Source: a virus (lineage: Duplodnaviria; Caudoviricetes). From it: a stretch of 30,303 nucleotides of DNA. Below the pieces are notes generated by a model. It was not told the origin of the DNA and ran no database searches. It saw only the letters and a list, made by a program, of their open reading frames with translations. How positions within the stretch are numbered: position 1 is the stretch's first letter; every line of letters starts with the position of its first letter. The DNA lies in IMG/VR virus record IMGVR_UViG_3300047090_000179, positions 1 through 30,303 of that record; one strand, written 5' to 3'. Of this stretch, positions 7,095 to 15,558 are shown one piece after another. The translations under genes and the position numbers were made by a program.

Positions 7095-7639
7095 TTCCCG
7101 CTACGCCCTTGCCAAGTACATGCGCTTTCTGCGGCGAAGAAATAAGCAATCCCGATCTAATAGCGATGTGCGAATCGCAGAAGCGGCCACTTTCGCACAC
7201 ACCTTGCTACGAAGCAAACCTAGAGAAAGAGATAAAGGGTAAGATAATACTCACGCAGGAGCACCTGGACTACCTTAACCGAAACATACTTAACCAGAGA
7301 CTACCTTTCAAGATCGAACTGGAAGTGTTGTATCCGCTGTTACGCTCTTTGCAGCAAACCGCTGCCAATGTTTCGATTGCCATAAGCAGGCAAAAGGACG
7401 AATTGAAAATTGGAGCAGTCAAGGAATACAGAGAGCGGCAAGAGTACAAAAAAGAGATTGACAAAGAAGCAGTACGGATAGAAGAGGAACGGAAAGCAGT
7501 ACTAGCGGCGGAACGCGCGGACCCTCTCTTAAAACTAAAAAGAAAAGCAATAGAGGGTTTCATGAAGTTACCTGGAATGACAAGAGAAATGGCAGAAGCG
7601 CAAGTTAAGAAAATGATGGAAGGAAACAAACCGCAATGA
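7091..7639 (+). CDS. Hypothetical protein with N-terminal Zn site and coiled coil
   Basis: CAFC...HTPC; charged helical C-terminus; ATGA overlaps. Confidence 0.8.
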   Translation: MIPATPLPSTCAFCGEEISNPDLIAMCESQKRPLSHTPCYEANLEKEIKGKIILTQEHLDYLNRNILNQRLPFKIELEVLYPLLRSLQQTAANVSIAISRQKDELKIGAVKEYRERQEYKKEIDKEAVRIEEERKAVLAAERADPLLKLKRKAIEGFMKLPGMTREMAEAQVKKMMEGNKPQ

Positions 7640-7794
7640 AACACAAGCTACCTAAGACCAAAAAGGAACAAGAGAAGGCTATTGCTAATGCTGCTGTAGC
7701 ATTGGCGAAATACCTAAAATGTACAGTACCAAAGGCAAAGAAGTTTGTATTAGATGGAATGGAAAAGTATGGCATTCCACTAATTAAGAATTGA
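7636..7794 (+). CDS. Basic hypothetical protein, 52 aa (not in ORF track)
   Basis: MKHKLPKTKKEQEKAIANAAVALAKYL...; ATGA overlap; fills the gap. Confidence 0.65.
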   Translation: MKHKLPKTKKEQEKAIANAAVALAKYLKCTVPKAKKFVLDGMEKYGIPLIKN

Positions 7795-7805
7795 GGAACA
7801 CAGCA

Positions 7806-7994
7806 ATGACTGGATTCGCAGAGTGTACAAAGTGTGATAAATGGTCTAGTATTCCCAAGGAATTTAAAGAGACACTACATTTCGTACAGTGTCCAGTATG
7901 TAAAAGTGCTATGTTTCTTGTACGCGGTGTAGATCCTAAAGAAGTAGCATTAAGACCTGAAAATATGGTAGTTGCAGGAATAATGAAACAATGA
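7806..7994 (+). CDS. Zinc-ribbon protein
   Basis: CTKC...CPVC; GAGGA RBS before ATG 7806. Confidence 0.7.
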   Translation: MTGFAECTKCDKWSSIPKEFKETLHFVQCPVCKSAMFLVRGVDPKEVALRPENMVVAGIMKQ

Positions 7995-9718
7995 GACTCC
8001 TCCGCCCATGTCCGCTTTGCAGTAAAACTCTAGAGTTACGCGAAAGCGTCTCTCTAGGTGCTGAGACTCTCAACATCTACAAGTGCGGTCATTCGTTTGT
8101 AGAAGAAAAAGCCGCTGTCGCGTATGCCGATGTGGAGTTTTCTTGTGTGAACGGTAGCGGTAAGTCCGCCCGTGAGTATCAGAAAGATGGGGTTTTAGCC
8201 GCACTGGAAGCAGAGGGAAACTTCATAAACGGAGATCAAATGCGTTTGGGTAAAACTCCACAAGGTTTACTCACGTGGCGCTACCTAAGAAAGAAAGGCA
8301 AGAAAAAATGCCTTATAGTTGTTCGCGCTGCAAACTTGTGGCAATGGATACGCGAATACAAAACGTGGGCTGACCTTTCGATGTTCGGTATCTACCCGAT
8401 TGTGGGTACGAAGAGTTTTATCCCGCCCGGTTTTGGCGCTTACATCATTTCGATGGACACGTTCGGAAGAAACGGTATGTCCGACCGATTGTTGAAAGAA
8501 GGATTTGACCACTGTATTGTAGATGAGGCACACTCTTTTAAGAACGTAGACGCACAACGTACACAAGCTCTCATAGCCTTTCTGAAAGAGGTAAACAAAG
8601 CGGAAATAACACACGAGATTAAGTTCCAGTGTGCAATGTGTAAGAACGAGTGGACCGAAACTGTGACTGTGACAATAGACACTAGCGACAATGTACAGCG
8701 CGTTCACAAAAGATCTTTCTGTAAGAACTGTGACGCCGTAGTAACACAAACTCAAGCTGCTCATGTGAAAGTAACCCGTAAGTGCTCTGTCAATATGTTA
8801 AGTGGTACTTCGATAAAGAATCGTGCTGATGAGCTTTTCGTACCACTTAACATTCTTGCACCTGACAAAGTAACAAGCATCTCTCAGTTTCGCCGCTCTT
8901 GGCTTGAGCAGGACGAAAAAGGCAAGTGGTCCCGAATTAACAGACACCGATATGATCAGTTTAAGGAGTTTCTTAAACCTTACTTTCTGCGGCGTGAGAA
9001 AGAAGACGTGTACACAGACTTACCGGAAATTAACCGAACATACACAATTGTAGAGATCGAGAGTGGAGAACTAAAAGACCTGTACAATCGTACACTTGAT
9101 CTTCTGGAAGTCAAGATGTCCCGCTCCGACTTTCGTATCTTCGATAGTATTGGTGATCTTATGACTTTACGTCGAATATGTGGTATTGCAAAGTGCAAGT
9201 TTGCGAAAGCCTACGCCGAGGAGCTTTTGGAAGACAGCGACAATGCGAAACTAGCTATTGGCATACATCATCATAGTGTGAGAGACGCGCTTGCAATGCA
9301 ATTACAGAGTTTCGGAACGATGCGCTTATCAGGTGAAGATTCTCCGGAACGTAAAGATCAGATAATGACAAGTTTCGAGCACGCACCAGAAAAAATTCTC
9401 ATTATCAATATGCTTGCAGGCGGAGTAGGAATGGATTTTCACTATGTGAACAATGTGCTAATCTTAGAACGACAGTGGTCGGCAGCGGACGAGGAACAAT
9501 TTGAGTTTCGCTTCTACAATCCTGACAAGTCGATAAAGAACGTCAGTACGAATGTTGAGTATGCAATCGCTAAAGACACTGTAGATGAGTTTTTCCATGA
9601 TCTTGTGGAAGAGAAGCGAGTGATCTTTGGCGAAACATTGGGAACTAACTGGAATCTTCAAAGTGACCAAGAGAGTTTCCGCTCGTTGCTTGAGAAAACT
9701 GTAAGGGGGCGCTTGTAA
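7991..9718 (+). CDS. SNF2-family (SF2) helicase/translocase
   Basis: REYQ, GDQMRLGKT, QWIRE, IVDEAH, LSGT, LRREKEDV, AGGVGMDF, QWSAADEEQ. Confidence 0.93.
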   Translation: MRLLRPCPLCSKTLELRESVSLGAETLNIYKCGHSFVEEKAAVAYADVEFSCVNGSGKSAREYQKDGVLAALEAEGNFINGDQMRLGKTPQGLLTWRYLRKKGKKKCLIVVRAANLWQWIREYKTWADLSMFGIYPIVGTKSFIPPGFGAYIISMDTFGRNGMSDRLLKEGFDHCIVDEAHSFKNVDAQRTQALIAFLKEVNKAEITHEIKFQCAMCKNEWTETVTVTIDTSDNVQRVHKRSFCKNCDAVVTQTQAAHVKVTRKCSVNMLSGTSIKNRADELFVPLNILAPDKVTSISQFRRSWLEQDEKGKWSRINRHRYDQFKEFLKPYFLRREKEDVYTDLPEINRTYTIVEIESGELKDLYNRTLDLLEVKMSRSDFRIFDSIGDLMTLRRICGIAKCKFAKAYAEELLEDSDNAKLAIGIHHHSVRDALAMQLQSFGTMRLSGEDSPERKDQIMTSFEHAPEKILIINMLAGGVGMDFHYVNNVLILERQWSAADEEQFEFRFYNPDKSIKNVSTNVEYAIAKDTVDEFFHDLVEEKRVIFGETLGTNWNLQSDQESFRSLLEKTVRGRL

Positions 9719-9939
9719 TGGAAAAAAGACTTTTCAATTGGGAAAGTTGGGATGATATTGATATTTTGGACTTCCAATATCATAACTGTACTTTAAACAT
9801 ACCTATTGGTCCTTACGCTGCTGGATCGAGAATTGACGTAATTTTCCTTTCTTATGAAAGAGGGGAAATGAACTTTTATAAAAATGGAGCAAAAGATCCA
9901 ATCCTTAAGTTTAAACTTCAGTTAGAGGTAACTTTGTGA
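9718..9939 (+). CDS. Hypothetical protein, 73 aa
   Basis: TAATG and GTGA overlaps; AT-rich. Confidence 0.7.
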   Translation: MEKRLFNWESWDDIDILDFQYHNCTLNIPIGPYAAGSRIDVIFLSYERGEMNFYKNGAKDPILKFKLQLEVTL

Positions 9940-10217
9940 AAACCTTCGACGAAGCTTTGAAGAAAGTTTTGCCATCACGAAATATGGAAGATATTGACAG
10001 GTTTGGATCTCTATATGGAAATAACATATATGAGGATCTATTACAATGTGACTTCTTGACGGAAGTGCTATGTGAAAGTTTGGCATTTGCAATTGCGAAA
10101 GGAAGCCTACACGAATTAACTTGCTTAGTAAAAAGTAGTTTTTGCCTTGGAGTCGCCATTGGCATCGAAATGGAGAAAGAGGAACTATGTGACAATCAAT
10201 CCGAACCCAAGGCGTAG
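9936..10217 (+). CDS. Hypothetical protein, 93 aa
   Basis: GAGG RBS, GTG start overlapping the upstream stop. Confidence 0.7.
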   Translation: MKTFDEALKKVLPSRNMEDIDRFGSLYGNNIYEDLLQCDFLTEVLCESLAFAIAKGSLHELTCLVKSSFCLGVAIGIEMEKEELCDNQSEPKA

Positions 10218-10557
10218 CACGTCCGGTACAAACTGGTGTGTGCCTTACGCTCTAGCGGTACTTATGGATAAGACAGTTGACGAATGTACAGAACTACTGA
10301 AAGAGAAGCTAGGGGATCAGCCGATAGCGGGAATCTACTTTCCGCTCGCCCTGCGAATACTGGAAGAAAATGGATACAGCTACAAAGAAGCAAAAGCTAT
10401 AAAATATGGAAGGGTTTTCTTCATTGTCATTCCAATGCATGTAGTTGTATGCAGCAATAGCTACGTCTATGACAACGGACCTTACAAGGGAAAGACTTTT
10501 GAAGACCTTCGCAAAGTGTGGCATTGTTTTGAGATAACGAAGGAGGAGAAGAAGTGA
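10189..10557 (+). CDS. Papain/C39-like fold protein (putative Cys-His-Asp triad)
   Basis: NWCVPYALAVL...MHVVV...YVYDNG; start revised to GTG 10189 after AGAGGA. Confidence 0.55.
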   Translation: MTINPNPRRSTSGTNWCVPYALAVLMDKTVDECTELLKEKLGDQPIAGIYFPLALRILEENGYSYKEAKAIKYGRVFFIVIPMHVVVCSNSYVYDNGPYKGKTFEDLRKVWHCFEITKEEKK

Positions 10558-10709
10558 AATACAAAATAATGACGTCATATACGCTAATCAATAAAAAACA
10601 ACTAGAAAAATTAGCTATTGAAGGATGGGAACTAATAGCTATAGTAAGTAGAGATGTTTTAGATCCTTACCATTTTTACTTTAAGAAAATATTTCCAGTA
10701 TCACTTTAA
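10554..10709 (+). CDS. DUF4177-like small protein, 51 aa (not in ORF track)
   Basis: MKYKI...QLEKLAIEGWELIAI...FYFKK; AGGAGG RBS. Confidence 0.7.
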   Translation: MKYKIMTSYTLINKKQLEKLAIEGWELIAIVSRDVLDPYHFYFKKIFPVSL

Positions 10710-10715
10710 ACCCCC

Positions 10716-11585
10716 ATGCCCCAAAAAGTAATTATTCTCGATTCTTCTCAAATCTCTACATGGCTAGATTGTCCATGTAAATGGGATTTGTCTTACCGCC
10801 AGCGTCTCACTCACTCTAATAAAGTAGAAGAGGCACTTTCCGCCGGCACCCTTATGCACAAGTTGATAGAGCTATTTCACACAAATGGCAACAGTGTACA
10901 AAAAGCTCTTGACTTCAAAATGCCAGAAGGATTTCCGCTAACAGATAAAACTGCCGCCGATGTGCGAAAGCGTTTCCAAGAGTATGTACTCTTTTGGATG
11001 GCACAAGGACAAAGCTATGTGATTGCCACAAGACCACGTTATGCAGTGAAGATAGAGAACAGTCTCCCGGTCGATTTTTATGAACAGGAGCTTTTGGTAG
11101 AACAGGGATTTTCGTTCCACCTCTATGAAGACAAAGACTACCTGTTTGTGCTAGAGGGCCGTATTGACGCAATTGTAGAAATGAGTGGTAACAAGTTCTG
11201 GGTAGACCACAAATTGCAATTCCGGGAGCGGGAACTTTACAAGAAGTCTATACAATTTCGTAATTACGCTCTTGCCACAGGGTTTTCTCTGGGTATGATA
11301 GACTACATAAGGATGCAAAAAGAGATTGGACCCAAGACTTTTATACGACAGGTTATCTCTTTCAATGCTTATGAGCAGAGAATGTGGAAAATCGAGCTAA
11401 TTAACATTTTCAAAGATATTGCAGATAGTGGAATAGCTCCGCCAATGCAAAGGTGGAACTCCTGTGATGGTAAGTTTGGCTACCCTTGCGAGTTTGTAAG
11501 CTTGTGTGAAGAGTGGAACCCGCAGACAAAACTAGCGATTGTGCAAAGAGATTTTGTTAAAAGAGAGGAGTGGAAACCGTGGTAG
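10716..11585 (+). CDS. PD-(D/E)XK (Cas4/RecB-like) exonuclease
   Basis: SSQISTWLDCPCKW, GTLMH, VEQ, GRID, VDHK, QFRNY and C-terminal C...PCEFVSLC (four Cys, Fe-S staple pattern). Confidence 0.9.
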   Translation: MPQKVIILDSSQISTWLDCPCKWDLSYRQRLTHSNKVEEALSAGTLMHKLIELFHTNGNSVQKALDFKMPEGFPLTDKTAADVRKRFQEYVLFWMAQGQSYVIATRPRYAVKIENSLPVDFYEQELLVEQGFSFHLYEDKDYLFVLEGRIDAIVEMSGNKFWVDHKLQFRERELYKKSIQFRNYALATGFSLGMIDYIRMQKEIGPKTFIRQVISFNAYEQRMWKIELINIFKDIADSGIAPPMQRWNSCDGKFGYPCEFVSLCEEWNPQTKLAIVQRDFVKREEWKPW

Positions 11586-11911
11586 AAACCAAAGAATGGG
11601 AATTTGTTCCCACAGGAATGGGTAATTTTCTTCTTTTTTCCAACGATGAGGATTTATATGTTTCCTATAACCCTGATACAGGTAAAAGTGCCATTGGAAT
11701 TTTTTGTAACGATCTTATTAAAAGTCTTTCTGGCAAAGAATATTCCGAAGGGCAGGAGACTTGTTTAGCGTCTTTAGGAAAAAGATATATTTTAAAGGGA
11801 GATTTTAGAGAGGAGTACTTAGCTATTTGGCCGGATAGATTAAAAGCGATGGAAATTTATCAAGCCAACAAGGAACAATTACGTTCAGATTGGTCAGAAG
11901 ACGAAGAATGA
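11570..11911 (+). CDS. Hypothetical protein, 113 aa
   Basis: Open frame contiguous with neighbours; start uncertain. Confidence 0.7.
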   Translation: METVVETKEWEFVPTGMGNFLLFSNDEDLYVSYNPDTGKSAIGIFCNDLIKSLSGKEYSEGQETCLASLGKRYILKGDFREEYLAIWPDRLKAMEIYQANKEQLRSDWSEDEE

Positions 11912-12108
11912 CCCGCACCCACACTCGCGAACCATACGCTCCTGAGCATCCCCGCTCCGGGTATTTCCTAATGAGAGATTCCCCGGCAGGCAAGTGTATA
12001 CTAATGTGTTCAGAAGAAAAAGCTACAGTATTCGCAGTACTAGCGCAATATGAAGCCGCCGGCGTGGTTTGTTGGGTAGAAGATTTGAGAGGAGAGAAGG
12101 TGTCGTGA
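11908..12108 (+). CDS. Hypothetical protein
   Basis: ATGA overlap (MTRTHTREP...). Confidence 0.65.
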   Translation: MTRTHTREPYAPEHPRSGYFLMRDSPAGKCILMCSEEKATVFAVLAQYEAAGVVCWVEDLRGEKVS

Positions 12109-12359
12109 ACTTACACATTTGTGAATTATTTAATCAAAAATATTTTGTGGTAGACACCAATGGATATCCACAAGCATTAGATGAAAACAGTGGTGGGTAT
12201 AACTACACTGCTCGGGGAACAGAAGTAAAATTTTGGATTAAAAAAGAAGATGCTTTAAAATACTTGGCTGTTGTAAATTGGAAAGAAGAAAAATTATTTC
12301 TTTGTCAAGTAACAGATATTTTAGCAATTCAATTGGTAGGTTCTGATGCCCGCTCTTAA
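12105..12359 (+). CDS. Hypothetical protein
   Basis: GTGA overlap, purine-rich RBS. Confidence 0.65.
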   Translation: MNLHICELFNQKYFVVDTNGYPQALDENSGGYNYTARGTEVKFWIKKEDALKYLAVVNWKEEKLFLCQVTDILAIQLVGSDARS

Positions 12360-12615
12360 CCACGTTCACATTTACGTTCGCCGCCGAGGTACACAAACCT
12401 ACGGTTGTGATGACCCTGACTGTACAACAAAGGTACCAAAGGAAGAACTTGTGGGAAAACGAACACGGTGCGGTGTTTGTAAAACTAACGAGTTTGTGCT
12501 TACACGAGCGGACCTTCGGTTAACAAGACCAAGATGCCCGCAATGCTCACAAAGAGCAGATCACAAAGAAACGAGAGAGAAAAAGAGACTTTTGGAAGAG
12601 ATGGGGATAGGATGA
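12346..12615 (+). CDS. Multi-Zn-finger protein, 89 aa
   Basis: HVH...CDDPDC...CGVC...CPQC. Confidence 0.8.
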   Translation: MPALNHVHIYVRRRGTQTYGCDDPDCTTKVPKEELVGKRTRCGVCKTNEFVLTRADLRLTRPRCPQCSQRADHKETREKKRLLEEMGIG

Positions 12616-12616
12616 A

Positions 12617-12790
12617 ATGAGAACAAAATGCCCTTGGTGTAAACAAATTGTTGATGTAGAATTGATGCACGATCCTCCTATAGAGACACGATACTCATTA
12701 GTTAAACATAAACTGGATCAAAAAGAGTTCCTTTTGTGCGACGGATCGTTTCAAGAAGTTGCAATTATAGTTGAAAGTATAAAGATATGA
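12617..12790 (+). CDS. Small Zn-binding protein, 57 aa (not in ORF track)
   Basis: MRTKCPWCKQ...KH...CDGS. Confidence 0.65.
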   Translation: MRTKCPWCKQIVDVELMHDPPIETRYSLVKHKLDQKEFLLCDGSFQEVAIIVESIKI

Positions 12791-12975
12791 AAATCTCCTT
12801 CAACTTCGACCACCATCGCCGCGCAATTACGCTAGAGCCAGAAAACGAGCTAGAAACAGCCATTCTAGCAGAAATGGAAGCAGGCTCGGCGAAAGGAACA
12901 ACCATCGAGATCAAAAGCGTAAAGACGGACGCGAGCGGAACTTTTGAGATTGTGATGAGGATGAATGGAAAGTGA
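12787..12975 (+). CDS. Hypothetical protein, 62 aa
   Basis: ATGA overlap; resembles the next ORF. Confidence 0.75.
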   Translation: MKISFNFDHHRRAITLEPENELETAILAEMEAGSAKGTTIEIKSVKTDASGTFEIVMRMNGK

Positions 12976-13005
12976 AAAAAGAATTTATTTGTTGGGGAGA
13001 TTGAG

Positions 13006-13185
13006 ATGAAAGTAACAATGTCACCAGACAGAAAATATATGACTTTGGAAGCGGAGAATAGTGTAGAAGAGTTTTATTTTGAAAATATGCGACTTCCAAT
13101 AAAAGCAGAAATTGATTGGACTGGCACTAGCTTTAATGGCGAGAATCAGTTTGGTATAAAGGTGACTTGTGCCCAAAGCCTCTGA
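13006..13185 (+). CDS. Hypothetical protein, 59 aa (not in ORF track)
   Basis: GGGGAG RBS; MKVTMSPDRKYMTLEAENSVEE resembles 12787..12975. Confidence 0.65.
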   Translation: MKVTMSPDRKYMTLEAENSVEEFYFENMRLPIKAEIDWTGTSFNGENQFGIKVTCAQSL

Positions 13186-13957
13186 CCTTTCTCCCGACTC
13201 CCGTTTTGTCGCTCTTTTTGTAGGCCGCAGCGGAAGTGGTAAAACTGTAGCTGAAGCCTCTTTTCCTAAACCCATAGAGTTTATGGATTTTGATGGACGT
13301 ATAAGAGGTTTGCTTGGAGCGCCTTGGATTGACCGCTCGGAAATCACGTATACCTACTATCCGCCAAAGATGGACGGCTTGATACCTGCATTAAATAAGA
13401 AACTAGAAGGAATGATGACAATGGCGAGCGTAGGGCAACCGCTCCCGAAAACCTTTGTCACGGATTCTATAACCAATCAGAATTACGCTTTCATTTGCCA
13501 AAGTATTGGGCTTACACACACAGGTAGTAATAAAGCTGGGGACAAAAAAGGTCGTTTTATTGGACCTATTGCAATGGCCGGCATTGAAGACTACGGCTTA
13601 GAGGCACAAGCGGCTTACGATTATATGGCTTTTATGAAGTCGTTGCCTTTCCAAAATATAATTGTGAGTGCCCATTACATAGACAGATTTGGTAAAGATC
13701 CCGCTAGTGACAGCGAATACGCTCCGAGTGTTCTTATCGGTAAGAAACTAAGTATACGAGACAAGATCAGCGAGAATATCCAGACTCACTTCGATCACAT
13801 TTTCGAGTTTGAGCGGAAAGTCGTCAACGGGCACGAGAAATTTTATGTGCTTTTCCGAGGGGACTTGGCACGCACAAGCTACGAGAAACTCCCGGAGGGC
13901 CAAATTGACATCACCGGAAAGAATTTCTATGAAGTTATGATGGGGTATTTGAAATGA
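13169..13957 (+). CDS. AAA_24/Sak4-like P-loop ATPase (RecA-fold recombinase)
   Basis: Walker A GRSGSGKT, MDFDG, Walker B VTDSIT, IVSAH, HFDHIF; lies between exonuclease and SSB. Confidence 0.85.
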   Translation: MPKASDLSPDSRFVALFVGRSGSGKTVAEASFPKPIEFMDFDGRIRGLLGAPWIDRSEITYTYYPPKMDGLIPALNKKLEGMMTMASVGQPLPKTFVTDSITNQNYAFICQSIGLTHTGSNKAGDKKGRFIGPIAMAGIEDYGLEAQAAYDYMAFMKSLPFQNIIVSAHYIDRFGKDPASDSEYAPSVLIGKKLSIRDKISENIQTHFDHIFEFERKVVNGHEKFYVLFRGDLARTSYEKLPEGQIDITGKNFYEVMMGYLK

Positions 13958-14202
13958 AACTCGACTACCACAATTTCGTAACCGAAAAGCAACTTGACTA
14001 TATAGCTACACTTGCAATAGACTGCAATTTCTCACTTGCACAGCGGAAAGCCTTTATTGAAAAAAGAGTAGATAGGACTCTTGAGATTTGGTCAGACATC
14101 TCACGGAACGAAGCTAGTAAGATCATTGGCGAACTTATCGAACTCAAAGAATCCCGTTTTAAAAAAGCTCCTGTTGACACAGGGGATTCCGATCCATACT
14201 AA
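13954..14202 (+). CDS. Small helical protein (TEKQ...EASxxI motif)
   Basis: VTEKQLDYIATL...ISRNEASKIIGEL, a motif common in phage recombination modules. Confidence 0.75.
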   Translation: MKLDYHNFVTEKQLDYIATLAIDCNFSLAQRKAFIEKRVDRTLEIWSDISRNEASKIIGELIELKESRFKKAPVDTGDSDPY

Positions 14203-14221
14203 ACCAAAAGGAAACTCAGAC

Positions 14222-14626
14222 ATGCCAATCATTAAGATAACAGCAGCAGACATCAAACGTGCAGAAGTTGTAGAAGCAAAGTGGTGGGGGGCACAAATCA
14301 CCAAAATTGACCCACCCGAAAAGTCAGCGGCGGGGGATTCCGTCAACATTTGGTACTACTTCACAATCGAAGGCACGGGCGGAAAGGAGATCAGACACAA
14401 TTTTAACTCTAAGGGCTGGATAATGATGCCAGCTTTGGAGGAAAGTGTAAGTGGAAAGAAAGTTACCGCCGAAGAAGGCTCCGCTTTCGAGCTGGACACC
14501 GACTCGCATCTTATGAAAAAGCTGGACGTTCACCTTTATGTGGACAATTACGGAGGGCGACTTTCTAACAAGATCGACAACTTCCTTCCTTATGGAAAGG
14601 GGACCTCGCAAGCGGCGCCCTTTTAG
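14222..14626 (+). CDS. Putative ssDNA-binding protein (DUF669-like OB fold)
   Basis: Start revised to ATG 14222 (AAGGA RBS); beta-rich, YGGRLSNKI, C-terminal PF; Sak4 context. Confidence 0.7.
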   Translation: MPIIKITAADIKRAEVVEAKWWGAQITKIDPPEKSAAGDSVNIWYYFTIEGTGGKEIRHNFNSKGWIMMPALEESVSGKKVTAEEGSAFELDTDSHLMKKLDVHLYVDNYGGRLSNKIDNFLPYGKGTSQAAPF

Positions 14627-14632
14627 CTCTTT

Positions 14633-14749
14633 CTGGACCTCCGGGGAATACATAAATACCTGGAACTAGAAGAAACCATCTAAAAGCTCCTCCGGCCTAA
14701 GATGGCTGCACCTTCGGCATCCTCTGCGATAAAAAGAAGAGGGGTCCAG
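14633..14749 (+). ncRNA. Candidate structured RNA (five-way junction)
   Basis: Closing stem CTGGACC/GGTCCAG encloses four hairpins in the only long intergenic gap of the replication arm. Confidence 0.5.
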
Positions 14750-14771
14750 CAATACCAAAAGAAAGGAAACT

Positions 14772-15131
14772 ATGAAACTAACATTTTTACTCTCCTTCTT
14801 TCTCGCCGCTGCCCAAGGAGCGGTAACCTACACTCCCCCAGTTCCAGCACAAACTGCAACACCAGGTAAAGTTGTTATGGCAGCGGGAGCTTTAACTTGC
14901 ACTGTGACAGGTGATGCAGTTCCAGCTCAGGCATTAGCAATAACTTGTACAGGAGCTATTACCACTTCTGCTATTTTGATTCCTTTACCAACAGGAGCTA
15001 ACTTTACATTTGTTCTAGGTTTGAATGGGGATTCTGTAGCAATACTTTTCTCACACACAAACACAGTTAGTTTTCAAGCAACTGTTACGAGTGCGGGAAC
15101 CACATCGCCGGTAACTACAGGGACCCTATGA
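14772..15131 (+). CDS. Secreted beta-rich protein with signal peptide
   Basis: MKLTFLLSFFLAAAQG/AV Sec-type signal; Thr/Ala/Gly-rich; two Cys; GAAAGGA RBS. Confidence 0.8.
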   Translation: MKLTFLLSFFLAAAQGAVTYTPPVPAQTATPGKVVMAAGALTCTVTGDAVPAQALAITCTGAITTSAILIPLPTGANFTFVLGLNGDSVAILFSHTNTVSFQATVTSAGTTSPVTTGTL

Positions 15132-15331
15132 TGTTGACTTACTACGATAGCGCAGCAAGCGAAGAGAATGCCATTAACTCCTTAAAATATCTCTTCGAGG
15201 AAGAAGGTTGTTATCAAACCAAAAGCCCTGTTATGGGTAAGGATTTTCCGAAGGGTTTCAAAATCACCGTAATCGTAGAACAGGTGGCGGAGTTTGATTA
15301 CAAAGGAACCAAATGCCCTGCGGCGGAATAA
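15128..15331 (+). CDS. Hypothetical protein, 67 aa
   Basis: ATGA overlap. Confidence 0.65.
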   Translation: MMLTYYDSAASEENAINSLKYLFEEEGCYQTKSPVMGKDFPKGFKITVIVEQVAEFDYKGTKCPAAE

Positions 15332-15558
15332 CCCCAACTAAAAATAGTTTTTTAAGAGATACAGTAGCTTCTCCTCAGGAATGCTACTATTGTGGTAAGA
15401 AAGGAGCATTACACTTTGTAGAAGAATGGGATGCCTTTATTCATGCAGTATGTGTTCCTGCATTTTTACAAACAGATGAGGGAAAAGTAATTATCAAACA
15501 TAAGCACGAAGTCTATATTGATTTTGAATTAGAAGAGTTAGAGGATATAGCACATTGA
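15313..15558 (+). CDS. Zn-binding hypothetical protein, 81 aa
   Basis: CYYC...HAVC; AAGGA RBS. Confidence 0.7.
   Translation: MPCGGITPTKNSFLRDTVASPQECYYCGKKGALHFVEEWDAFIHAVCVPAFLQTDEGKVIIKHKHEVYIDFELEELEDIAH

Noticed and set aside
8590-8790. Possible intein in the SNF2 helicase
   Set aside because: Too short, no C-terminal HN-[CST] splice junction; it is a CxxC...CxxC ribbon
10716-11585. Cas4-like gene as a sign of CRISPR-Cas
   Set aside because: No repeat-spacer array or other cas genes; the context is a phage recombination module
14633-14757. tRNA or hammerhead ribozyme (ends near ...ACCA)
   Set aside because: No T-loop GTTC or D-loop in cloverleaf register and no CTGANGA/GAAA core
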